Positions 1-14,313 of a stretch of 64,000 nucleotides of DNA are shown here, piece after piece. Origin of the DNA: Octopus sinensis (Eukaryota). Both the position numbers and the translations under genes were made by a program. The notes under the pieces were generated by a model. That model saw only the letters and a list, made by a program, of their open reading frames with translations. It was not told the DNA's origin and did not search any database. Location: the NCBI RefSeq assembly GCF_006345805.1, contig NC_042999.1, forward strand, positions 74,400,001 to 74,464,000. Direction: 5' to 3'. Every line of letters starts with the position of its first letter. Positions within the stretch are counted from its first letter, which is position 1.

Positions 1-380
1 TTTTTCCTACAACATAATCTATGTGATTACAACCAGGAGAATAAGGAGGCCAGAAATGGGGGCTAGTAAAGTTATAGAAATTCTCAGGCAACCACTTCTG
101 ACTCTTTCCAGAAGTATGGCAAGGAGCCAAATCTTGCTTCCAGACATATGGTCTTCTTGCAGCAACTGCCTCCAGCTAGAGTCTGACCACAGTTTCCAAC
201 AGCTTCAAACAGCTGTTCACTCTACAGCTGTCGAAATTGAGCATAAAGCACTATTCAAAGATGTGGAGTGGAATGACATCACCCACACTAGAGACACACC
301 CAAAAACCATCACAGTTTGGGAGAAATTGGTTTCCATGATCTTCATCTCACATCATGCAGCCTTTACAGTGTTTACAAAG
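1..380 (-). mobile_element. Tc1/mariner-superfamily transposase remnant (catalytic region)
   Basis: Minus-strand translation VMVFGCVSS.GDVIPLHIFE..RPYVWKQDLAPCHTSGKSQKWL..FWPPYSP, with stops. ORF 23..577 is its antisense. Confidence 0.75.
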
Positions 381-689
381 TATTGATCAGCAGGCATAAT
401 GTTGACATTTTAATATCTGGTGCAAATAATTATGATACTGGTAACCTTTTTCCAATAGTTAGATGGCTTCCTGTCCTCATGCCATCTAACTATTTCTCAA
501 CTACCTCTTTAATCGTCATGCTCTCCAATACTATTGATTGTTCACCAAAACATCAAGCTGTTATTGAAAAAAGGTGACATAAAAAATCATCAAAGTTAGC
601 CTGAATGTTGCATATGAGGATGGGCAAAAAAATTCATAAGCTGACTATGAAGGATTAATGAAAGAGCTATGAAATATTGCATGCATTGT

Positions 690-1480
690 GTAAGAAAGAC
701 GACTGCACTGGTATGGTCATGTGATGCATATGGATGAGGATAGTTGTTTGAAGAAGTGTCACACCCTAACAGAGAAGGGAATTTTTTGGAAGAGGTAGAC
801 CCAGGAAGACATGGGATGAGGTAGTGAAGCATGACCTTCGAACGTTGGACTTCACAGAGGCAATGACAAGTGACCGAAACTTTTGGAGATATGCCATGCT
901 TGAAAAGACATGGCAAGCTAAGTAAGATTGTAGTCGTGGCCGATGCCAGTGTTGCATAACTGGGCCATTTAAAACCACCCTTTTATCATTGGTCGATATG
1001 CCGTGCTTGTGAACACCTGTTGAACCGAGTGAAATTGTAGTCGTGGCCAATGCCAGTGCTGCCTGTAAAAAACACCATTAGAGCATGGCTGATGCCAGTT
1101 CCACCTGACGCTCTCGTGCCAGTGACACATAAAAAGCACCATTCGAGCATGGATGATGCCAGTGACACATAAAAAGCACCATTCGAGCATGGATGATGCC
1201 AGTGCCACCTGAATGACATCCGTGCCGGTGGAACATAAAAAGCACCATTCGAGCGTGGATGATGCCAAAGCTATCTAACTGGCTCCGGTGTCGATGGCAC
1301 GTGAAAAGCACTCACTACACTCTCGGAGTGGTTAATGTTAGGAAAGACATCCAGCAGTAGAAACCATGCCAAATCATATTGGAACCTAGTGCAGCTCCCT
1401 GGCTTGCTAGTTCTTAGTTAAACCATCCAACTCATGCCTGTATGGAGAGCAAATATTAAACGACAACGATGATGATGTAA
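690..1480 (+). mobile_element. 3' end of an RTE-clade LINE with a tandem-repeat 3' UTR and (GAT)n tail
   Basis: RLHWYGHVM..GRGRPRKTWDEVVKHDL, ~40-bp tandem units (ACATAAAAAGCACCATTCGAG) and a GATGATGAT end. Homologous to 46100-46790. Confidence 0.8.
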
Positions 1481-1489
1481 TGTTTCTTT

Positions 1490-2530
1490 CCAACCAAACT
1501 GACACGTGACTTCTCAAAGACTTTAAAAGTAAGTAGTTATGACTTCTCTTGCAAATGAACATAATTCAACATTGTGGGGTTAACAAGTACCTGCAGAAAA
1601 AGTTTTTAACCCCCAACGACATTCATGCCGACATTGTTGATACATTAGGGGGTGACACTATAAGATCAGCAGTACAAAAGTGGGCAGCTAAATTTAGAAG
1701 AGGAAAGGGAGAGTCTTGAAGATGACCCAAGGTCTTGACGTCGTGCAAGTGCCATCACCGAGGAAAACATTGATTGTAATGGATGATAGGCAATTGACTA
1801 TAGATCAAGTAGCCAATGCCATCAGCACATCCCATGAGAAAGTTGAGAATATTTTGCACGATGAACTCAGCATGACAGAGGTTTCTGATCAAAAGCACAC
1901 CAACCTGATGACATCACGGGAAGATCTGACATTGTTTAAGGCAGATTCAAATAGTTTTCCTGGATGTTTCTTAATCCAGGATGAGTGTTGATGTCATCAC
2001 TTTGAGCCAGAGACTAAGAGATGATTCAGGCAGTGTAAATACCCCTCATTTTCTCCAGCGAAGGCCAAGGATGTTTCATCTGCAGGGCAATTGAAGGCCT
2101 CAGTTTTGGGGATGCAAAATGGATTGTGTTTATTGAAAAGGGCTACACCAATATGCCGTGAGAGTTACAAAAGGCTATGAAAGCCAAACGCCCAAGAAAA
2201 CTGACGAAAGGAGTTTTGTTTCATCAGGACAATGCTCCAGTACACAAGTCCTTGATTTTAATGACTGCAAAGCCTGACTGTGGTTTAAACTGGTGGATCA
2301 GCCTCCCTATTCTCCTGATTTGGCCCCATCTGATTATTGTCTGTTTTCAAACATGACAAAACATTTGGCTGCAAACCAGAGTCGCAGTGATAATGATGTT
2401 ACATCTACTTTTGATGACATTTTTGACCAACAGGTTAAAAGCTTGTTCACCAATGGGATTCAAGCATTGCAGCAGTGATGGAAGACGTGTGTGGACAGCA
2501 AGTGGACTACGTTGGAAAATAAACCTCATT
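1490..2530 (+). mobile_element. Degenerate mariner (DD34D-type) element
   Basis: WAAKFRRG, LEDDP, FHQDNAP and PPYSPDLAPSDY motifs, broken by stops and frameshifts. Confidence 0.85.
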
Positions 2531-2541
2531 TGGTTACAATC

Positions 2542-2588
<47 letters not shown>

Positions 2589-2690
2589 TGTGTGTGTGTG
2601 GTGTGTGTGTGTGTGTGTGTGTGTGCGTGTGTGCATGCACACATGTATGTATGCAAACTATCATATAATATGTATATATATATTTTTCAG

Positions 2691-2886
2691 ATTGAGATTG
2701 AAACTGCAAAAGGAAAGGAACTTGTGTTTGAAGAAGTTAGTGTTGCTCCATCATTTGCATGGCTATCTGGATGTGTTCAGGTAACAAATGAAGATACAGA
2801 TATTGAATTTATTGTAACACATGGGTATGGAATGGGTCAATATATTGGTCTCACGAATGTTGGTTTCTTGGAAGAAGAATGTCAAG
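2691..2886 (+). CDS. Exon encoding the C-terminal part of a MAM domain (plus-strand gene or segment)
   Basis: TTTTTCAG acceptor and GTGAGA donor, 196 nt, phase 0-1. IEIETAKGKELVFEEVSVAPSFAWLSGCVQVTNEDTDIEFIVTHGYGMGQYIGLTNVGFLEEECQ shows the MAM W..V.....F....I.l..V....C pattern. Confidence 0.75.
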
Positions 2887-2981
2887 GTGAGATTTTTTTG
2901 CTAACTCTCTTGCTCTCTTTCTCTCACTGAAAGTACATGATAATATAATACATACATACATACATACATACATACATACAA

Positions 2982-3016
<35 letters not shown>

Positions 3017-5039
3017 TGTATATATATCGTTTGTCGTTTTGTTCGTCCCTTCGTGTATTTCATGTTATTTATTTATGTAAAGGTTTATTATATATATATA
3101 TATATATAAAGAGAGAAAGAGAGAGAGAGATACATATAAATATAGATACATAGTTTTATTTGTGTGTGTGTGTGTGTGTGTAGAAAGTAAATAAGTAACA
3201 AGGAGATTAAGGTATTAGTTCATTACAGCCATTTCAGGCAGCTCCATTTAATCGAACAACGCAAGCATTATATCAATTTGAAAATATATCACCATCTTCG
3301 GATGAATAATATAGGTTTTCAACATACAGGATACTGCATTATAATTTTTAACAAATATTTCATCAGAACTGAAGAATGAAAGAATGTCATGCTGCTATTA
3401 TTGTAGCAGAATGAACTTAGTGGCAGAAAAGAATAATGACGGGGCTCATGAGATGGTAATATAGCTACGATTTTTTCTATCTCCTTATCTCCATCAAAAG
3501 CTCTAAGGCAGTAGTTAGTATACTACGTCCACTAAGAATTAAAACCACTGGGAATTGACAGTCAAGTTCTAGCTGCTGATGATAAATTAATTACTGTCAC
3601 CATCAGTGCTTTAATATAAGCTTTGAAAAATTGTGTTTGTGCATAATGAAAAAAGAATACTCTCTGCAGACGTCCAAAAAGTCACTGAAGCAGTGAGAGA
3701 ATTCAAGAGCAAAAAGAAGGATGGCAGGACACTTAATTAGAAAGAAGCATTTACATGGCCATTTCATGCTCCAATCCGAGGATGTTGGAAGTGAAAAATG
3801 CTGGTTGTGAATGATAGGTAAAAACCTAAAATGAAAAATAGAATTGTTAATTGTAGCAATTCAGAAACAAATTATTAGAACACACTTGGTGCAAACAAAG
3901 TTTGATAAAACTCAATCAGAGAGCAAAGACAACTGTGGAATAGAAGGTAAAAGCATTAAGCATCTCTTAAGTGAATGTAGTAAGGCAGTGCAATAAGAAT
4001 ATATCCACAAGTATGATTGTGTCAGTAAAAGAGTATATTGGGATGTAAACCATGTGTGTGCATTCAAAATAACAGAACAGTGGCATGAGTCACAGATTGT
4101 GATGGTGAATGATAATTACAGGATTTTATGAGCTTTTTCCATAAAGACTGACCATACTATTTGAAGCAAGGAGACCAGATATGATAGATGAAGGCAAAAA
4201 AATAATGTGTATGCTCATAGACTACACAGTATTATATGAGAGGAGAGTGGACATCAAAGAAACTAAGAAAATTGTGAACTATCAAGACCTTAGCCAGAGA
4301 AATTAGGAGATTGTAGAATGCAAAAGTTATAATTGTTCCTGTGGTAATTGGTGCCCCTAGCACATCACCTAAACTGCTACCTAAGTAGTTGAAGGATATT
4401 GGAATTGAAGGATGTATTGTCAATCTGCAGCAAGTTCCATTCCGTATTCTACAAGAATCTGAGGAAAGTGAAAAGGAAATGTATTACTAGCTAAGACATT
4501 CTTCATAACACCAAGAGACCATAAAACATCATCATCATCATTTAGTGTCCATTGTCCATGCTGGCATGGGTTGGATGGTTTCACCAAGGCTGGCAAGCTG
4601 GATGGCTGCACCAGCCCCCAGTCAAGTTTGGCATGGTTTCTATGGCTGGATGCCCTTCCTAATTGCAACCACTCCAAGAGTGTAATGGGTGCTGCTTTTA
4701 CTTGTCACTGACACAGGTGCCATTTGTGTGACAACGGTATCTGCCATGACTGCAATTCTTCTTGGCTTGATGGGTCTTCTTCTCAAGCACAACATAATGC
4801 CAAAGTTCTTGGTCATTGGCTCCATAAGTCCCAACATTCAAACGATGCTTTTTACGTGTTACTGGCATGAGTGCCAGTTATATGACACCAGCATCAGCCA
4901 AGACTACAATTTCGCTTGGCTTGATGGGTCTTCTCAACCACAGCATATTGCTAAAGGTCTCAATCACTAGTCATTGCTTCTGTATGGCCCAAATTTCAAA
5001 GATCATGCTTCACCTCTTTGTCCCATGTCTTCCTGGGTT

Positions 5040-7720
5040 TATTCAAGTTAAAGCACATTGGGCTTGTGTGTTTGTTGAGAGAAATAAGTTTTATAGAAAA
5101 ACAAAATTTTCCAGTTGGATACCTAGAAGTTCTACAGAGAATCAGAGAAACAGCAAGTAGAAGTAAAGTAACAACCAAGCAGAGAAAGATGAGAAATTCT
5201 GGAAGAACATTTGAAGCAAATTAAAAGGAATACAGTGGGGAAGCATCCTGTATCAATAGAGACTATGAAATAATGTAGGAAGTTGGACAACAGAGGTGGA
5301 AACAATTAAGAGTGACCACAACTGAGACAGGTCCTCAGTAAAGCATACAAATGGAATATACCAGGAATAGACCAAATGCCAACTTACTTGTTGCATGCAC
5401 TTACAGGTATCCATAAGGTAATACTCAATACCATTATTTAGAATCTTGATAAATCTCCAAAGTGATTGACAAAAGGCACCATGTATCTCCTTTCCAAAAC
5501 AAAGCAAGCTAAAAACCTAAGAAACTATAAACCCATTATAAGTCTCATCAAAACTTACCAGATTTAGGACTCTACTAACAGAAAGAATGTACACCTTTCT
5601 TGAAGAAAACACAGTCATACCATAACAAAAATGTGGCAAACTAAATTCCTATGGGTCTAAATATCAGTTTCACATTAATAGGGTGATTCTTCAAAACTGT
5701 CACAAGAAAAAAAATAATAATTTGAATACTGCATGGATAAGCTACATGAAATCTTTTGACATAAGTGAATATTGAAAGCTCTTAACAAAAACAAAATCCT
5801 TTCAGCTATCTCAGATTTTCTCTGATATATTATAGCCTGGTGCACAACAACCCTTTGTCTTAACCACAACAATAAAGTCTGGCAAAATAAAATAAAACTG
5901 TAGAATTATCCAAGTTGACTTACTCTCACCACTTTTGTTCTGTGTTGCACTCTTTTCTTTTTTCAAGTGAACTAAACAACACTCTGTATGGATATAAACT
6001 TAGCAATAACAAAACTAGTCTGATCAACCATCTCTATTTTATAAACAATTTAAAGTGGTATGTTAAGAATAACTAAGAATTAAAACTTTTAGCAATGATA
6101 AAGCAGTTCAGTAATGATATGCACTTTGATAATGACAAATGCACAAAAACAACTTCTAAGGTGGAAAACTGACATTATTTATTCAACCAGACATAGAAGC
6201 AACCAAGAAAGAATGAGAGCCAGAAAGAATTTATAAATATCATGGCATAAATGAGGATGATGGTATTCAGCATACACAAATGAAGGAGAAAACTCAAAAG
6301 GAGTACTACAGAAGAATAAAGCTGATCCTGGAAACTGAATTGAACTCCCAAAACTACATAGAATCTATTTACAATTCAGCAGTGCCTGTTGTATAATATG
6401 GTTTCACTGTCATCAACAGGAACGTTGCTGACCTACAAAGAATGGACTAAACCAGAACACTACCAACTATCAATTAAATGCAGCATCCAAAGGCAGATAT
6501 AGAACACTTCTATCTGCCAAGGGAAGAAAGTGGAAGAGGTGTAATCCAAATAGAGCTCTCCCATAAAATAGCTACAATTGATCTGCAGAAGTACTTAAAC
6601 AAGAACCATAACTGGATGTTCGAGACAGAACATGAATCCCATAACAAACTCCATTCTGTAAACAAAGAAGCTGAGAAATATAGAGCAGATTAACACTTTG
6701 CAGAAATATAAAATGCTAACAAAGCTGACATAAATCAACACAGACAGTCAAAGTACACAAGAGGAAAGCAAAAGCAGAAGGACCTAAAACCTTGAAAGAC
6801 AGATTGCAGTAAAAATCGTCAACACCTAGCTGGGCGGACTGAGAATATCAAGGACCCTTGGGCATAATTGTTTACCGGGCCCCTTTGAATGTGTGTTTCA
6901 GTATAGTTAATATGTAGAGTGGTGGACCCTCAGAGCTCCAGGCCCTTGAACAGTGCCTGAGTGACCAATAGCTCAGTCTACTCCTGACACCTACACAACA
7001 CCAGGGAAGCTGATATAGATCAATCATAAACCCAGCAGTGGCTGTAAAGTTCAGGGCTGAAGGTAGAAACAGGGGATCCATTCTTGCTGCCTAGGACTAC
7101 AGTCTATATACAAAACATTATTAAGTTGACATCTTAAAAAATGGAGCACACTCCATGTGTAGAGTCTGTGATGTCCATAATGAAATAATTGGACCATATA
7201 CCACCAGGTTGGCCAGCACTGGTTCTAACAGAATATAAAGCCAGGTACGACAGAGTTGGCCAATACATTCACAGGACTTTGTACAAAAGCCTCAGTGCTA
7301 AACATGTGGAAAGCTGGTTTGAACACCAACCTAAATCAGTAGTTAGAAGTAATGACACCACTGTCCTTTATGACTTTACACTATATACTGATCACACAAT
7401 TAATGCCAACTGCTGAGTTATTATTGTTAAACACACCAAAAACAACACTAGCCTATTTACAGACATGACTATACCATCTAACAAAATGTACTTGTCAAGG
7501 AATATGATAAAATTACCAAATATAAAAGCCTAGAAACTGAAACAAGCAGGATGTGTCACCTAAAGACAGAAGCAAAGCTAACTGTGATTGGAGCACTGGG
7601 GATCATTATAAAAGGCAAAAAACAGTCAATGGCTTTCCTGAAAATATCCCAGGAAATCCTAGCAAATTCAAAATCAAAACAAATACTACTAAACAATACA
7701 GTTCACACTCTCCATAAGGT
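5040..7720 (+). mobile_element. Degenerate non-LTR retrotransposon with restriction-like endonuclease (R4/Dong-like)
   Basis: Fragments HPKADIEHFYLPREESGRG, DHIPPGWPALVLTEYKARYDRVGQYIH, WFEHQPKSV..LYDF and VIGALG. Further fragments at ~3700-4400 (+) and ~43210-43620 (-). Confidence 0.7.
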
Positions 7721-7799
7721 TCTTGTCTTTTTAGTCTATATTCTAAAATCTTTATTTCTCTTCCCTCTGTTATTGCTTGAGCCAAGAATGAAAGCTTGA

Positions 7800-8400
7800 T
7801 TGGACCTGAAGCTGTGTTGAACAATGACATACTACATATGAAATTCCCGCTTACACCTTTCCTACACATTGAGTAGGGCCATTTACCTAAAGAGGGTAGG
7901 GTCCAGACTGTTTTCTTGCTCACTAGAATCTTGGTCTTTACTAAGTTAACGTTAAGGCCCTTCAATTCCAAGCTTTGCTTCTACACCAGAATTTTCTTTT
8001 CTAGTTCTGTCTCAGAATTTACTGCAAGAGCAAGACCATCATCATATAGCAGTTGCCAAGGACAACCAATCTTGAATTCCTCTGTTATGGCCTGTAAGAC
8101 AATGAATAGAAGGGCATTGAGAACTGATACCTGATGAACACCTACCTATACACTAAATTTGTCACTGTACTCATGGTTAATGCTCATCTTCCTGACTGAA
8201 CCTCAGTACATGGCATGTACAGCTTTCAAAACCCACTCATCTACCCTTGGCTTCCTCAGAGCTCACCATATCACACAGTGGGGTACTCCGTCGAAGGCTT
8301 TTTCCAAGTCGACAAGAACCAAGTACAATGGTTTATTCTTAGTCAAATATTTCTCCTACAGTTGTCTGACTATAAAGATAGCATCAGTAGTGCTCCTCCT
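7800..8400 (-). mobile_element. RTE-clade LINE RT fragments
   Basis: KGLNVNLVKTKILVSKK..GKWPYSMCRKG and an FVDLEKAFD-type sequence on the minus strand. Confidence 0.75.
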
Positions 8401-10697
8401 CAGCATAAAACCCAAACTACATTTCATCTAATACACTCACATTTTCATACATATACATATATATATGAATACTCATCAATGTATTTGCTCTGAAATAAAT
8501 TTAAAATGTACAATAAAACATACAGTAATTAAAACAAGATATAGTTTAAAGAAACATGACATGAAAGATTTCCTGACTAGGTTGAGTTGAAAACTCTATA
8601 TGCCTATTCACATAACCATTTCTCAAACTGCAGTCTAGTATGACCAGATGCACCAGTAAACCCTTTTTTGAGATATTTGGTACTGAGATACACAAACATC
8701 TTGAAAGTGTTCTTTTTTTTTAAAGTTTGACAAAATATCTTTTGTGTGTTGTTTGTATTCTGTGCCTAACTGTGTTTGTATTATTATGACTTCTTTAGAG
8801 AGTCCTTGCCACTAGATGTGTGTAATTCTGTCTATCAACTGTTAGTTTGATTTTTTTAAAGAATAGTGATGCTTAGTTCATTTTCAACCTCTGCATTTTC
8901 TTCATTTTTCTCCTGATGAGAGATTTTGTTACTGTTTTTAAGAAATTCGTCCAACTCATGTTTCCATTGTTTTATGTTTGTTTTTGTGATTTTTTTCCTT
9001 TTTTCCTTCATAATTTCATCTGTAATTATGTCTTCTTCATAGCATGATGGCATTGTTAGGAGACAAAGCATTTTATCATCTGTATGTGATACAGGGCTTA
9101 AAGAGATTTCTTTTGCTATCTCCAGAACTTTGGCTGGTGGTATTCAGGAAACTAGGGCTTGTTGCTCTTTCTGATGCTGTGGACGATTTTTATTACTTTT
9201 CCCAGTTCTTCTGTGCACTTAGATTTAAGGTATATTTTACTCTGACAAATGTAACAATTAAGCTTTCTATTTGGTACCATCAGTCACAAGTTCTTTGTCT
9301 CAGCACCTCTTTACTTACTAGATACAGTTCCAGGATGGCTTTGTGGTTTTCAGGGGTCTTTAGGATTTTCAAGTCCATTTTGATGTCTCTGCCAACCACA
9401 GGTTACCTTTCATTTAGCCTCATACAGCAATACAAAAGTTACTACTAATCACAGGTCTACACCATGTCAAATGTCTCTTATACTTACTCTTATGTTTCTT
9501 TGCCCAACAATTCTGAAGGGTGGGTTTAGCTGATAACATCAACCCCACTACTTTACTTGTACTTTATTTTATTGACCCAAGAGGAATAAAAGGCAAACAT
9601 GATTTCAGTAGAAGTTGAACTCAGAATATAAAGAGTTAGAACAAATACTACAAGCCAGTATGTCCAACATTCTAACAATTCAGCTAACCACTTGTGCACT
9701 TGACAAGTTGCCTAATAGATGTGTTACTATTGTTAATAAAAGAGAGGACTTATAAGACATAAGGGATCTAAAGTTAACAACTACAATTGTTTACTATTGA
9801 GCTAGTAACTACTGATGTTGTTGATAGTTGTAGTTGATTAACTATAGTTTTTTATATACAAATGAAACATAAATGTACAGCTATTTACAACATATAACAT
9901 TTATGATCGAAGATACATGACAAAAAACCAAAATTGCATCAATAATTTCTTGTGGTTCTTATAAATGAAACAACAAATCAGCAACATTTTAATGATTAAT
10001 TAAAGAAAGAGAAACACTTATTAACAAGGTAGTGATTTGCATAAACAATTTATGAATACTGTATAAGGAAATACAAAATAAAGGCAACTGATATGATTCT
10101 AAAACAATATTTCCTTTTGATTTCTTGGGCTTGACTCTATCAATAAAATTATCAATGAATTGTAGCAAGTTGTAAACAGCCTTCTGTTTGTTATAATTCC
10201 ATATTTTAGATGCTTACTAAGACTGTATAGGGTTAATCCTTTAGAAGTGATGCTAAAGCATCAAAACCAGATCAGACCTTTCCAATATCTACTAGCTGGA
10301 TTTCCCAAATATGACATCATGAAACAACCATAGTGTGTCAGCGAGATCATACCTAGATAGAGTATTCATTAGTATAGTGAATAGAGATCCAGTAGGTAGT
10401 CCTCAGTTTAAAATGGTTGACTACCCAACTTACAAATTTTTGATCTGCATGATTGACTAAGATAGGGCTCACAGACAGGCAGGAAACATCAGACTGATTA
10501 ATGTCTTTGGCAACTTACTGATTCTCCTCTCTTAAGTTAATATTACACATCAAAAGGATCGTGCTCACCTCATTCTTTTCTGATTTCAATGCTTTTGTTT
10601 ATTTGTTGTATACAATAACAAGCTATTTTTTCAGTTTTGAGAATATTTTATGACATGAAGTAAATAATGTTGATTTTTTTCCTCGTTTTCATTAAAG

Positions 10698-10808
10698 ACA
10701 GAAATATTTCCTGTGGTTTCACAGAAGGCACATGCCAGTATAGCAACTTAACTTACTACCCAGCATGGGAAAGAATAAATTCAAGAAATGATACTAACCT
10801 AACAGATG
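10698..10808 (+). CDS. Exon encoding the N-terminal part of a MAM domain (plus-strand gene or segment)
   Basis: AG acceptor and GTAAGT donor, 111 nt, phase 1-1. RNISCGFTEGTCQYSNLTYYPAWERINSRNDTNLTD. Joins in frame to 2691-2886. Confidence 0.78.
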
Positions 10809-11951
10809 GTAAGTAATTATTCTTTATTTTATATTGCATGAGCCTTCTTTTATTTCTGATGAATGTATATTTATCAGCAGACTTATGTGTTCAGTTAGTT
10901 ATCTTTGATTTTTGGGCTTGAAATATAAAGAAGTAAACTTGTGGAAAACTGAGTCTAAAGCTAAGATTCAATTACTTGTTCAAACCTTCCTACATTATTA
11001 ATATTTTTGCATGGACATAGGTAAATTCTCATTGAAGCCTTGATAAATATTTTGTTTTGTTTTTTTTTGTTTGGTTTGCACCATTTATCGCTTTGAGGTA
11101 TTTTGATGTTTATGCTCTTATATAACTTCTATATCATTTTATATCACTTATCAGTTTATCATTAAAAGGAAATTGCATCTTTGACTCTTAAAGATCTACA
11201 TATTTGACAAACAGTTTTAATTTTGTGAAGGATATCAGTTTCACTGATTGCATATATTTGCTATACACATGAACATATGCACATACATGCATGCATCATC
11301 CGCATCATTGTCATCATAAAACAGACATTTTAAAATGACTTGGATTGGGCAGTTTGACCAGAACTGGCAAGCTGGAGAACTACACCAAGTTCCAATGTGA
11401 TTTTACTTGGTGTCTATGGCTGGATTCCATTCCTAATGCCAACCAAGGAAACAACAACATCATGCACACGTAAATACATGCTGTGTACAAAAATGCTGAG
11501 AAACACTAAAAGAAAAGACTCTTCACACAACAAACATTTATTTGTTTGTGTTCCTTTTATATTGTTCCTATTATTTTTTATTGCTAAAAAAAAGAAAATC
11601 AACAAATAACTTGGATCAGCAGTTATTTGGATTTTTGCAGCAGACCTAATCAATAAGGTATCATCATACAAGTGAAAGTATTTTTAGCTGGTTTCTATCA
11701 CCATCGCTGTGCTATATCCATAATTAAGATACTTAGCTCTCCCAGCTGCAAATAGGTTCCATACAAAGAATAGTTAAAGGAGACTATGGTAGACTATGTT
11801 GATTAATTATCAATCATTCAGTTGAGAGGACAGTCCTTTGTATCCTATCATTGATACAACATAGTATTCATGACCAATGTACTTAACTCCAAAATGCCTG
11901 AGTATTCTTAACTATAAATAGGTACAAAGAATTCAGATTCTTCAAGTGATC

Positions 11952-12051
11952 NNNNNNNNNNNNNNNNNNNNNNNNNNNNNNNNNNNNNNNNNNNNNNNNN
12001 NNNNNNNNNNNNNNNNNNNNNNNNNNNNNNNNNNNNNNNNNNNNNNNNNNN
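11952..12051. other. Assembly gap of exactly 100 N
   Basis: Direct count. A round 100 usually marks an unsized scaffold join. Confidence 0.97.
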
Positions 12052-12189
12052 TGTATTTTTTAGCAGGATATATTAATGTCTTAGATGCCAACTTTATTAC
12101 AGTGTTGAAATAAGCAGATGATGTCAAACTGTACCTTGAGATAAAAAAAAAAGAACAGATCCTGTATGCTAGAGATCTTTCCAGCAATC

Positions 12190-12620
12190 AGATCTGGACA
12201 CAATGTAGCAATGGATTACTGATTGGCAACTCGAGCTGGCTGTGGACAAGTGAACCACCATGCATTCTGTGAGGGAAAACCCAAGCTTTACATTCTCCCT
12301 CAACAACACCAATCCTAAGAAGTCTGCTAGTGAATGTGACTTGGACATCATTGTCAACAATGATTTGCATTGGACAAACCACATCTCTAAAACTGTCAAG
12401 AAAGCTGCATGTGTCTTAGCATCACTCAGTAAGACCTTTGTTGGACACTCTCCTGCTATCTATTTAAAGCTGTATATGTCGATGAAATGTTTGCATGTAG
12501 AGTTTGCATCACAGGTGTGGAACCTCTATCTTGCCCAGCATATCAAAATCCTGCAACTAGATGAATACCTGCTGCCAGGTATCTACAATACTCTGAACAT
12601 TTTGCTTCCTTGGGCATGGA
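12190..12620 (+). mobile_element. CR1/L2-group RT C-terminal fragment
   Basis: ECDLDIIVNNDLHWTNHISKTVKKA..HVEFASQVWN. Confidence 0.75.
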
Positions 12621-14205
12621 CACATTAAAGTTCCTACATCTGGTAACTTGGTAGACACCTACAAGATTATTTATCATCTTTGCAACAACAACCTTGGGTA
12701 CATTTTTGCATACCATATGTCTAATACTTGAGGACATACTTACAAAAATAAGAAAACACAACTCTCATGACTTTTATAAACATTCTTTCATGTTCAAAAC
12801 TGCTGGCTTGCCAGCTCCTGTCAAACTGTCCAACCCATGCCAGCATGGAAAACGGATGTCAAATTATGATGATGATAATGATGTTGATGATGATGATGAT
12901 AATGATGATGATGATGATGATGGTGATGATGATGGTGATGACTCACAAGATTTTGGTCAGCTTGGAGCTGTTGTAGAAGACTCCTGCCTAAGGTACCATG
13001 CTGTGGGAAGTATTATATATATATGTTACTTACCTTCTTTACTGCATTCCAATACCATGTATTTGCACTTCCTACAGAGAAGAGTAAAAGTTTTATTATT
13101 ATATTTTTCAATGTTAAAATCACTTCTTTATACTGTTACCAAATCATATTGTAAGAGAGTAACATCTAGATAAGTTATAGAACTGCACTGTGTTTATTGT
13201 CAAGGCATTTTTTTGTAAATGATGTTGACCATCTAAGTTAAATCAGTTAATACATAGTAGAACTGTTCATCATTGTAATCAGTGGGTGTGTTGTAAAACT
13301 GATGAGTATCACATTAGCCTGAAAGTATTTATTTGGATTTTGCCTGTGGTAACAATGTTAATAACTTGATGATGCTTTCAATTCTATCACAGTCACTTCA
13401 AAATTAACATGAATGAAAATATCAATTGGTTCACGTCATCTAATTTCAAATAGGCATTGAGCAGACAAATAAGATAATAGACTATCTTCTCATAGATTGT
13501 AAATTCAAATCTGCTGAAGTGAGAATAGATCAAATTAGGAATAGATAATTGGAAAAGCTGTCTGTGATAAACAGACCTTCTATCTAGGGTGGATTTTTCA
13601 TGTTTTACGTCATGAAGCTGAGAGATAAACACCCACTCACAAAATACATTTGTTTTGGAGGAGATATTTTACATTATGTGTAAGCACAACTAACCGTTGC
13701 AAGTAGTAGAGGCAATATATAATCAATGAGTGCTTTCTTTAACCAGTGGAAAAGAGTTTGAAGCCATCTATACAACTCATCCATGATAAAAGTATCTATC
13801 ATGTTTTCATCTCTGCATTAACCAATTCTTTCACTTTTTCCAAATATGGGTATCATTATTTGATGTGGCAAAGAGATCAATGATTTGGAAAAATTAATAG
13901 GGCAATAGCAAAATACTTTGTGATAATTACTAATGTCCTTTTTCAACCTGCATTAAAATCTTGGATCACTCATCTGGGATCAACAAAAGATCACTGGAAT
14001 CAATAAAGTCAAATTTAATCCATCACCAAAAAATAAATTCTCTGTTAAGTAAAGCATAAACTTTCAGTGAGCCAAGGTGACAAACTTGGACTCCATTTCT
14101 AGTTGTTGCTATTCCACTTGGTTACTGTAACAGGAAAAAATGCAGCATGGCATATAACATACTGTAACATGGCATAAATGTTGAATAACAGAAATAAATA
14201 TTTAC

Positions 14206-14313
14206 TCAAAGGAATTTGCTTTGAATCCTGGAATCAGTCCCATATTGCTGTCTGAAGGGTTTTGTGTGAATTTTACACCAAATCCCTCAATTGAATTACC
14301 AAATGTTCCATTA
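14206..14313 (-). CDS. Exon continuing the second SRCR-like domain
   Basis: TCTCATAG acceptor and GTAAAT donor, 108 nt, phase 2-2, open and in frame with 14890-14980. NGTFGNSIEGFGVKFTQNPSDSNMGLIPGFKANSF. Motif support is weaker than for the other exons. Confidence 0.65.

Noticed and set aside
1040-1270. Regularly spaced ~40-bp repeats superficially like a CRISPR array
   Set aside because: They are tandem units in an RTE 3' UTR with no unique spacers and no cas genes, in eukaryotic DNA.
2347-2690. Overlapping HT/CV-rich ORFs
   Set aside because: Translations of a (GT)n microsatellite; only 2691-2886 looks like a real exon.
13140-13165. Possible 26-nt phase 2-1 micro-exon (CYSLTI*F) that could end the second SRCR if TGA were Cys
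   Set aside because: Too short to distinguish from chance and needs a stop to be ignored.
12694-13173. ORF with a poly-Asp tract
   Set aside because: The tract is the (GAT)n tail of a SINE/RTE 3' end.
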